Both the position numbers and the translations under genes were made by a program. The notes under the pieces were generated by a model that did no database searches, was not told the origin of the DNA, and saw only the letters and a list, made by a program, of their open reading frames with translations. DNA of 47,946 bases from the NCBI RefSeq assembly GCF_001194135.2, contig NC_068982.1:103235345-103283290 (forward strand), in the 5' to 3' direction. The stretch's first letter is position 1; every line of letters starts with the position of its first letter. Below are positions 21,501-33,630 of this stretch, piece after piece. Source of the stretch: Octopus bimaculoides (lineage: Eukaryota).

Positions 21501-24500
21501 GCTACATGAATTCAACTCAACCTAAAGTAATTCAGCACAAAAATTGTGCAATTAAAATATAAAGAAATAAATTAAATTTAGAGCATATCATTTTGAAGTA
21601 AATAAAATGATATACTATTACAAGTGGTTATTTAATACAAGTATATGAACAATTATTTTATGTATATATATATATATATTTTGCTTCTAATCAAAACTTA
21701 TAGAGAATTTTCAGCAGATTTTACTTAATGCTTAAAATACTATAAAAGATTTAGAATACACATATATCTAGAGATTATTCGCTGTCACTGACTTTTTTCT
21801 CACTTTTCATTTAGAAAAATTCCATTAATTATTATACTAATTCTTAAAATATAAAACTGTCTTCCTGCCTCAAAATCGCATTACTCCTAAAAATATCATT
21901 TAAGAAGTGTATGTGTAGATGTGTGTGCATAAAGGAAAAGTTTAGCTTACAAAAACAAAACTACGACTGGGTTTTTAGCATACAAATTTTGTCAACTAGT
22001 GGATTAAAATTTATAAAAGATGAAAATTTTCTACCATTTGCCAGCTGCTGGTTACCACCACTCTTCATCATCTTCCATTTAATATGTTCATAACAGCCAA
22101 AATACATAGCATGGGCTGGACCAGCACCACCGACAACTGCACTTATTCCCCGGACTGTATTTCGGAAGCCTTCTAAGTGTAACATTTTGTACAAGCCATC
22201 GAAGACACCTTTGTATCGAGCTTGTGGATCAGGCCTTAATGCTTGCATTCTTGTCTAGAAAAGAGAAAAAAAGGCAATTTTATTCATTTGACTTCATGAG
22301 AAATTTAAGGATCAAATAAATCGCTAAAATTATATATTAAGAATATATTTGTTACCATTCAAGTCTGCTGACAAATTTTGAACTGAAGGAAAATAACTGT
22401 TTATAATACATACATTTTCTAGCAAGTAAAATATATATATATAAACATCAAATAGTAGGGATCTCAACAGTCGTCGCAATTAACTCAGTAGCATTCCAGC
22501 ATTTATTGACTAACAGGGTACTCAGGAGGAATACCAAGTGATATTCTCAACCTATCAACCAGTTAACAGAACAAGCAATGCAATATTAATTAGTTAAATG
22601 ATTATTAAGTACTTCATAAATCCAACGTATGTAACAACAAACAAAAACATTTAACATGATGTAAATGTAATGGTTTCAAATTTTGGCACAAGGCCAGCAA
22701 TTTCAGGAAAGGACTAAGTTGATTACATTGACCCCAGTGATCAACTGGTACTATTTCATCAACCCCAAAAGGATGAAAGGCATAGTTGACCTCAATGGAA
22801 TTTGAACTCAAAATGTAAAGAGCAATAAAATGCTGCTAAACATTTCGCCTAATGTGCTAACGATTCTGCCAGCTTGCATCCTTACATGGTATAAATATAA
22901 TAAAAGAATATAAAAAGTGTGGACATTTTTTGAACAAAATGCCAGCTTGCATTCTTACATGGTATAAATATAATAAAAGAATATAAATAGTGTGGACATT
23001 TTTTGAACAAAATCTACCAACAGTTATTTAATGCATCATCATCATCATCATTTAACGTCTGCTTTCCATGCTAGCATGGGTTGGACGATTTGATTGAGGA
23101 CTGGTGAACCAGATGGCTACACCAGGCTCCAATCTGATTTGGCAGAGTTTCTACAGCTGGATGCCCTTCCTAACGCCAACCACTTCGAGAGTGTAGTGGG
23201 TGCTTTTACATGCCACCAGCACGAAAGCCGGTCAGGCGGTACTGGCAACGGCCACGCTTAAAATGGTGTATTTTACGTGCCACCTGCACAGGAGCAAGTC
23301 CACCGGCACTGGCAACGATCTCACTCGAATGTCTTTACACGTGCCACCAGCACAAGTGCCAGGAAGGCTACGCTGGGCACAGGTGCCATCATGATTTCGC
23401 TTTTGCTTGCCCCAACAGGTCTTCGCAAGCCGAATTTCGTGTCCAATGAAGGAGACAACGTTGGCATGGGTGCCAGTCGTCGAATTTAGTTCGATTTCGA
23501 TTTCACTTGCCTCAACAGGTCTTTGCAAGCGGAGTTTAGTGTCCAATGAAGGAAAGGTACGCATAAGTGGGCTGGCTGCACTCCTGGCAGAGGCCTTGGA
23601 TTTAGGTCTCACTTGGCTTGCCAGGTCTTCTCACGCACAGCATATTTCCAAAGGTCTCGGTCAGAAGTCATCGCCTCGGTGAGACCAGTCATCGCCTCAG
23701 TGAGGCTAATTGCTTTATACTTATTATGCTCTGCTTTATATTAAAATATCAAATTAAAATTACCAATCTACAGAAGAAAAGTTAAATAAAACTTAATCCA
23801 GAGCCATTTCAGTTACTTCTAGTATTATCAAAACGCATAAGCTGTGCAAGTAGCAAATCAACATTTATGACCAGTGTTAAGTGATTTAAAATCTGAAGGG
23901 CACTCAACTATTACAAGAATGTACTAATCAATATCTAGCTCTCAACACACATGCACAACAACCTGTACACAAACTCCAAGAAAGAGTGATGTGAGCAAAT
24001 CATACAGATTTAGACAAGCATGGGTATTTAAAAAACAAGCTTTAACATAGAAAACTTTTATTACTACAGACGTTATTATTACCAAAGTTAGTTTCAATTC
24101 CATAAATTCATTAAAATAAAAATGCTTTAACTTGTCTAAATAACATTAAAACCTAGAAACATTAAAAACTGAAAACCTATTTACTCAAGACAAAAATAAG
24201 TCATTGAGTCTATAGCCTGAATAGTCACAAGATTCTGCTGTCTTCTCACTTGACCTTTATAAACAAAATATCTCTACACCTTTACGCAAAGCAACAATCT
24301 ATGCTGATGTCACTGAAGTCCCATAATCTCAGCAACCTGGACATTACCTCACATGTCCTATCCAACCATTCAGTGAAAATTCAGACAATCTTCACCAGAA
24401 TAAACAGTAACAACCAATATACAATCACTCAAGAAAATACCATCCCTATACTCACATCCATTTTAAACACCCCCATATCTACAATGCAAAAATCCTAGGC

Positions 24501-27500
24501 AAGAGCTTAAATATAGAAGATTTAAGCATAACAAAAGTATCGAATATACTCTGAGTACTGATGAAATGATTCAACAAAAAGAAAAAAAAAAAGACAATAT
24601 TTTATAGGCAATTCATAAAATCCATCATGGTATATGTCCATCTGACAGAGGCCCCAAACTCTGCCACAAGCAATTAAAATTTATCCAAAACTGCTCTCTA
24701 CATCAATACGAGCTTTACATATATTACAGAATCTTTTCAACAAAATTATTAAAACCTAAAATTCATATAGACATGCACAAATATACAGCTACCTTCTCCA
24801 AGTCAGATAGCCTAAGGTAGGTTTAAATTACCTGCACAAAACTGCTGTGTCATCATGTGTTTTATTTGGGAAAGTAAACATATTTTCAGTTGACATTGTT
24901 ACCACAACTTGACCTACAATTTAACTGTCAATCCCTGTGAGGGTTTTAAAGCTGTCACATCAAATCTATTTTATTACAGTTTAATCTCTATTGCAGCTTT
25001 TAAGCATATAAATATCAAAATACATGTCCAGTCACATTGCACCCAATACACAGGATACAAGTTCACTTTGAACAAAGTTATTTAACAATAACAGTGAAAT
25101 ATTAGTACAGATGATACACATTTAGGGGTTCTCAAAATAAAGTAAACAAAAAAAAAATAACTGAAGTGTGATTTAATGTACAAAACTAGAACAATATTTT
25201 CAGATTACTACATTGCAAAAAGAAGAAAAAAAAGATTCTAGTGAGGGGGGTCAATCGACAGGCAACTTTACGGCAGTTACAGCAGACAAATGGTAATTAA
25301 TTCATTTAAGAAGTCTGCTCCCCAACCATGTAGTTTTAGTTTCAGTCCCATTGTGTGGGCCCTCATAGTGGATTCCATATCAGAGCTAGACAAAATATTT
25401 GAGGTGGGGAAGCAAAACCTGGAATCTAAGGGCCTAAAAGGTTAGTCTAAGTAAGCAAGAAAACTGACAGGATCCTACCTTCCTCAGGCAGGTAGCTCTG
25501 TCCAATTTGGAGGAAAAGTGTGGGTAGGAACTCCATACAGTGTACCCAGTGCAAGCTATGGACACACGAGGTGCAATGGGTTAATTGGAAGGTTATCAGA
25601 GAAGATTGTTTTCTTATGTGGAAGATGCACAGGACTCTTAAAAACTTTAGAGACTCAGAAAACTGATTCTTTCAAATGCCCTGGTGGTTCAATAGAGGTA
25701 ATAGGTAATCTCTGCTACCTAAGGGACCGAAGGAAGATTATATGATGCATGTATACGGACAGCAATTCTACATGGTAGTGAGACATGGAGCATGAACGCA
25801 GAGGATAGGAAAAGGTCAGAAAGGAATGAGGCTAGTATGGATGTGTAATGTAAGTGTACATGTTCGACAGAGTGCCAGTGTTCTGAGAGAAGTTAGGCAT
25901 AAGAGGAAATTGTTGCTGTATGCAAGAGAGGAGACAGTGTTTGTTTGGGCATGTGATGCAGATGGATGTCGACAGTTCCGTTAAGAAGAGTCGATCTCTC
26001 AAAGTGGATGGAACAGATGGAGGTGGGAGACCCAGGAAGACATGAAATGAAGTACTGAAGAACAACCTCAGGAAGCTGAACCTTTCAGGTGAGATGACAA
26101 AGGACCAAGAAACCTGGTGCCGCCTGGTCATACTCAAGAAGACTCATACCCCATAGCAGAAGTGTTAAGACCGATCTTTCTGGTTGTGTAAAGCACCCAT
26201 GGTAGTGCCAATGAGGTGACAAGTAAAAGTGCTTGTGCAGCAACACATAAAAACACCCATGTGGTGCCATGCAAAAGCATCCAGCACACACTGTAAAATG
26301 ATTGGCATTAGGAAGGGCATCCATCTGTAGAAACCATGCCAAATCAGTCTGCAGCCCCCTTCCTAGCTTGCTAGCTCTGGTCACCCCATCCAACCCATGC
26401 TAGCAGAGACAATGGACATTAAATGATGATGAAGATGATGATGTGTGGTGCCTTAGGCAAGCATCTTTTACTACAGGTTCAGGCTGACCGAAGCATTGTG
26501 TGAATTTGGGAGGTCAGAAACTGAAAGCAGGTCATATGTATGAGTGCATGTGTGTGCACTTAGTTGTGTGTGTATGTACACTTAGTTGTGTGTGCGTGTG
26601 TGTGCCTTCTTGTCTTGACACTGCATGATACGTGTAACCAAATGGTGCCATTCATTTCCAATCTTCCATGGAAACTTCTTTGCATAGAAAGAAATGAGGG
26701 CTGGCAACAGGAAGTGTATATCCAGCCACAGAAAATTTGCTTTACATTTAACACATGCAAGCATAGAAAGGTGGGCATTAAAACAATGACGATGATGATG
26801 ATGCTGGTATGTTTATCACTCAGATCTAAATACTATCTCCACCAAATAGTTCTTTACAAGTGCAGATGCAGGTATGTGGTTAAGAAGTTTGCTTCACAAC
26901 CAAAATAAGTAGTTCTGGCTTCAATCTCTCACACACACACACAAATCAATACTGACTAGGACTTCCAAGTTACACCTGACAGCTTATTCAACTCGTCTCT
27001 TTGAATAAGCTGTTGGGTATAATTTGAAATCCCAGTCACTCCTACCTTCGTAAATCTCATTTTCCTGTTAATACTGGAATTCTCATCATCAATAAATATT
27101 GTTAGTTTTAAAATTTCTTTAACCTCATAAACCCAAAATTAATTTTTTTTTTTTTTTAATGTTTACTTTCTTGCTAACATGGGTTGAGCAGATTGTTATA
27201 ATCCAAGTCAATACATGTCTGGGTAGAGGAACTCGTGTTTCACTTTTATATAGTTTTTCTACAGATGAATGTACTTCCCATTAACAACCATTTTACAGAA
27301 TGTATTAGATGTATTTTGCTACAACACCAGTACTAAAGAAGCTGTGACAAGGCTGAAAGGTCATCTCTAGCCTAAATTGTACCCATATGTGTGTGCGTGT
27401 ATCAGCAAGAAAATTGCCAATAAAAAAGGAGAGCATTGAATAAAATATACATTTTAGAATTTATTCTACCCAAGATGACACTCTCTTGTGAGTCTTGGAA

Positions 27501-30500
27501 ATGCAGTTGTTGGTGATAGAAAGGGCATCCAGCCATAGAAACCATACCATGATGACAATGATGTCAGGAATTTGAAGAGACTTAAATAAACTGCAACTTG
27601 TTGTTCCCATAAACTCAACAGTTTAAGAATAATTTAACTTGCAATTTATTGCTCTAACATTAAACTAGTCAACATAAAGCTCAGATAGGAGTGTAAAAAT
27701 TAGGTTGACTTTTCACTTCTCTTTAGCAAAGAAAGAGACATCTTTTTTTTCTAAAATCAGATATTCAACAATTTCTTTTCCTGATCCTATTTTTAACAGG
27801 GGTCTAATTTTAGAGAAAGTGGTGCATGTATGTGAATGATAGGATGTGTGTGTGTGTGTGTGTGTGTTGGCAGTAATAAAGTTTATTGCAGATAGACAAT
27901 ATGTGATGGTACTCCGGCTAGTCATCAGAGCCCAATGGTTGGGCAGAGATTTGGAGTCTACTGTACCATGCTAGTTCATTGCAGGTTGATATAGATTGGA
28001 AATCGATTAAATTAACCTTGGTACATGATTGGGACTTTATAGACCACCCACCTAAAAAAAAAAAGAATGAAAAACGAAGTGGATCTCCAAAGAATTTGGG
28101 CTCAGCAAAAAGTCAGAACAAATACAAGGCATTTTGTCTGACACTTTTAACAATTCTCCCAATCCTTCATCCTTACATGTTCGTGTATGTATGAGTTACA
28201 TATATATCCATAAAAAAAAAAAATCACACTCTTACTTTCATTTAACTCTCTAGCATTCAGATTATCCTGTCATACGCAATGCCTACATAATCATATTCTT
28301 TTAAAATTAATCATGCATTATCTCATAGCTTCAAGATTTCTTGTAGCAATCAAGACATATATTTTGTAGTAATCACATTATGATGGTTTATATTGAGAAT
28401 GACATTGCAGGGTAAGTGTGAGAGGCCAGAGCTGAACAGACAAACGGGTAGAATATTTGGGCCAGATATGGCAGGTTTAAATACCAAAGAGATAAGTTTA
28501 TTAATGAATTTTAATATAATTAGAAATCATACTTTTATATTTTGGAATGGGGTATAATAGTTGGTTATTACAATCACACTACTTGACTTGAGTCTAAAAG
28601 GTAGAACTATAAAAGGGACATAAATCTTACTCTCAAGTATACAAACCCATATCAGTATTTTACTAGAGAGTAAACAAAAATTGACCAGTACATCACACTG
28701 CAACAAAAGTGGTTACTCTTTTATTGCTGACTCACACTTTTACAGTTTCTCAGAAGTCACTTAGTAAGATTACAATTTTATTAGACTATTCAACCTAATC
28801 GTTAGAATGAATATTTACATCATTATGATGTGATTGGTGATTGTAATCAGGTGTTTTATCTCTAGATGTGTTCATAATCGCAGATTAGATTCAAACTAGG
28901 AACTTTTATTTTTTTTCATATCCACCAAACCATTTACACATGTACAATTAATTACTTGGAAAATTATAATTATATTAACAACAAACCATAGACATTTTAA
29001 ATTACTTAGTTTAGTACTGAAATTATACATTAAAACATGATGCAGATAAATATTCAATACAAGAAAGCACAAGGCATCATCAGTATTTTTTTTAATATAA
29101 AGAGACTATAAGTTATAGGACATAATATCAATTCTTTTATCTTTTATAATTTACTTGCTTCAGTCATTAACAGTGAGCCACATTGGGGAACTGCCTTGAA
29201 GGGTTTTAGTTGAATGAATCAAACCCGTACTTCTTTTTTTTTTTTTAAAGACAGGTATTTTATCAGACTTTTATGCCAAACCACTAAGTTAGAGGAATGT
29301 AAACAAACCAACATTGGTTTTCAAGCAGTGGTGGGAGACAAACAGACACACATATGAAGAAGACACTTGCCCAAAGAGCCACACAGTGGGACTGAACCCA
29401 GAAGCATGTGGTTTGGGAGCAAACTTTCTTGTTTTACATAATACTTTAGTGTAATATTCACTAGCTGCAGAAAAATTATAGTTCAAGTACTGAGACACTG
29501 TAACCATTTCTCACATAGGTAAGAGATGTATATATAACAGGAGGAGGAGGCAGAGGGAGGAGTTTTTTAAAAAATACTGCCATACATGGTGGTCTCTCTT
29601 CCACCCTAATCTGGAGATAACTATAGAGTAATCATAATAATAATAATAAAAGGTTTGAGCAAATCTAACTCAAACTATTAGTGAACTGAGATAAGGGATT
29701 TCTTAAGAGATACGTTGTTTTTTATTTAAAGTGAACTTGAGATCTGGTACAAACCATAAAATTAGGTCAGGATTTTTACCAGCCTCGTGTCAATATGACA
29801 CTAAGTACATTCATGACAACATAGCACTTTTTTTGGAGTACATTTTGTAATGAAACTGTTTTGACAACACAACCATGTTTAATTTTGGGGAAAATACAAT
29901 TATCAGTAGTAACAGGAACATTAATTAGTATGTTACTGATTCTGATATGAAATATGTATAAGTAGGATATTGTATAAAATAGGACACAAGTTTTGCACTT
30001 TACATAAATACTGTATCAATAAAAATGTATTTGCGTATAAACTAAGATCATTGACTTCCTTATTTTCAATCATCAAATCAATGAACTTGTCAATAAACGC
30101 ATTTGCATCATTTGATATGCTCCAATAATTTTAAGTTTTTTGTAAATATGGCTCTTCAAATTCATATAGATGGATGAATTATTATATCTTCATTGTTTAT
30201 TATTTAATACCTATTTCTTTATACTGGCATGATTTGAGCAAGTCTACATGCATCCTTATCTCCCATCCTTATCTCCCATCCTAATCATTGCAGAACACAG
30301 TGCTTTTTCACCCAGTACTTCTTATCCATTCCAACACTCTTGCATTCATCAGTCTTTAATATTCTGCCACTTTCTCAGATAACTTGTATTCTGCTTGTCA
30401 TGCAAGTTAACATTGCACAACCAACTATTCCCCCCCACCTCTGCATTAAATGCTCATGGCTCACTTACCATGCAGCATTACACTTCTTACTGTCTACTTT

Positions 30501-32782
30501 TTGCCAAGAGAGAAAACCTTTGTTGCCAGCAACTCCCTAAACTTTTTCTTTCGTTTCTTACTCTAGCTACAACTCATTGCAGCCACCTCCAGTAGTAATT
30601 AGATAACTAGCTAACAGGAACCATCAACTGTTTCTAGCAAGTTAGCTGAGCAGTTTATTAACGATATTACTACTGACTACACTGGTACATATATCACTTT
30701 TATAAGCTTAGTTCTGTCAGCCTGCCAGAGATCCTACTGCATTTTGTGTACCTATTCATTTCACTGAGTACAGAGACAACTTCATGAAATTTTATTGACC
30801 AAAATACTTAACTGCTTCATTGGCTTATGTAGAGATGAAAACCTACCAAAGATAACATTTATTTACATTTTATAAATATAACTGATTCTTGATCTTTCAT
30901 GGTGTTAGACTAAGATCTATCTTGATCAAGAATCAAGAATATACACCAAGTACTAGTGAACTATATTTATGTATAACAGCCTACCTGACAGGCAGTCAAA
31001 CTCAATGTAGAATTATTTTCTTTGAATCGTTACCATTACATAATGAATTTGACCTTTGGTATTTCTGAAACATCAACGGTTTCAACGATGTTTGTTCTAG
31101 GTTCTCTTCAAGAGATGTGAACAGCTAATCAAATGTATACCACTGAATAATTCAGCACATAATATATGATTACAATAATCATTATTATTTCATCTAGAAG
31201 AACATAGATTCGAAAGTATATTTAAGTCACACTATAAGAATCGGGTGTTTTCCGTCCTTTCCACATTAAAGAACTGAACTAAAATTTGAAATAACACATC
31301 AATCTCTATCATAACAGATACTCCTGGCCACCACTCCACTCAACTCAACTGGTTTGCTTTGTATATTACTATCAACAAATTCTATAGAACTCTTTCTACA
31401 CACCAACAGATATCTATAAAACCATGGGTTAAATATTCCGGCTTTCTCTCAAGAATTACATCTTCCCAATATATTTTGGATTATAACTGAAGATTAACAT
31501 TAACTCTTTCAGCTGTCTTGCTCCCCCAATTCAAAACAGTAAAGTTGGTGTTACAACCTTTTGTCATCAGCTTAATAAATAAGTCAACTTTTTCATCTTT
31601 GGAAATCCTATAAAGAAGCAGAACCCCAAATGATGAAAATATTTAAGCTGTCCAGAGACATTCCTAATAGAGATGGTTTGTCAATGCATCTATCTATACC
31701 TACAGTAGGCTATGAATGGAACCAAGTCTTCATAATCAGTCACTCAGCTACTAGACAAAGTTACATACACAACATAAATCAATAACCACTTTAAATAATA
31801 AAAAAAAATAACATTTAAATCATTCCAAACACTTCATTCAATACTTTATATTTAAAAATTTAAAAAACAAAGACAACAAATTTCGAAAGCGAGAACTCCA
31901 TACGCAATCACTCGATTTAGCTGCTAGAAATAGCAGCTAAATCTTCCTTTCTATCTTACAGAAGAAAGACACATTAGATAATATAGTACTAAATATGTCT
32001 AGAAAATTAACAAGAAGGTCATGGCTGGGGTGTCATTGACCACAGATTTGCTTAAAATCAAGACTGACCTGTGGATAAAAATAACACCCATCATCCATTT
32101 ATCTGTAGTCTATAAATTCTTTTAAAAACAATAGCAGATCCATCCAGTAGATTACCCTAACCTTGTTTGAAAATATTTAATAAACATTCCACAATATTCA
32201 AACAAATTAACACACACACCAACAATTATAAAATTCACGCTGCTTTTCGTCTCCATTTTATGACAGTTGTATGGATTGTTTCTATACTTTTGTTATAAAT
32301 ACGTATACATTGATTAATTTATACATTGAATAGGTCAGCTGAACGGCTTCCTTTTATTACCAATCTTTTATTTTATTGTAACTACGTTACAGATTAACTG
32401 CTGGTAATATAAGTTCAAATCATGCACTAAAATTTTACATTGTTCTCGTAAACAGTTTTAAAAGTTTCCTTCAAATATATCCCAAGTAAGATGTCTGATG
32501 TAACTCAACGAAATAAATATAACACTGATAATACAGTCGAAGCAAATATTGACTTATGAAAGATGTCTTTTTAAGAAGTAAACAAGAAAATCCAGTGTAA
32601 CAACCAAATAAGTATATAAAGCTTCTGAAATCTGACAACTTATAGTAACTTAGTTCTGTGATCAATTTCTGTAAATTGAGTCTACAAAGCTAATATATTT
32701 AGACAACAGGTGGGTTTACAAAATCACTTAAAATTTGAAATACCAAACATTCACATTTTTTTCCTGAATAGTAAATATTACC

Positions 32783-32848
<66 letters not shown>

Positions 32849-33569
32849 GCAATCGCAATATGTGCTCAAACTAAATACTAATAATTACATTGATAAATAA
32901 TAATGAGAACTGAGTAAACAAAAAGTGATTGACTAATGAAAGAAACTCCGGATTATATAATAAACAGAACAAATAATACCAATACAGTATAGTAAAATGT
33001 AGCAGTCAGATAAAGATGAATGAACGAGTAAAATTTTAACAATGCATCTTTTGTGAAAGACACTCCCTGTTGCTTAGTGTAGAGAAGTTTATAGTCTCCC
33101 CTTTAGTCGGAAGTTGATGTAGTATGAGTGAAACACTGAACTTTTATCAACTTTCAAACCTATCACACATATTCATTCATACATTAATAGAGTTTTTTTC
33201 GTAAGAAAAACTAATTAATTGGAGTATGCTAATGTATCGGCGGTGAGTGATATTCACACCACACACATCTATATAATAATTAGCTCTAATAACTACTTAT
33301 TGGTAACGCTATGGGTAAATGTTATCTATCTATCGATCGATCAATCAATTATCAATCAATAAGATAGATATCAATGACATGAGAAAACAGATTGCGTATT
33401 TCGAAAACAGGCTATGGGACTGGGACTGTTTACACTGAGATATCACACAATTATGGTTATCATTCCAAATCGACGTCAACTTTCACTTTCAGAATTGTTA
33501 TAAAAAACGCACAATGTTGGAGCAACTTCAATCGACTGCGCCTCTACTCATTATTATTGGAACTATCTA

Positions 33570-33630
<61 letters not shown>

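Noticed and set aside
23020-23720. Target-site duplication around the young LINE copy
   Set aside because: No convincing direct repeat found in the flanks.
24250-24498. 82-aa S/T/N/I-rich ORF, possible mitochondrial insertion
   Set aside because: C/A strand skew explains the open frame; no mitochondrial gene motif recognised.
31320-31615. Protein-like minus-strand frame ([19 protein letters not shown]...)
   Set aside because: Three stops in under 100 codons and no motif I can assign; BLASTX would be needed.
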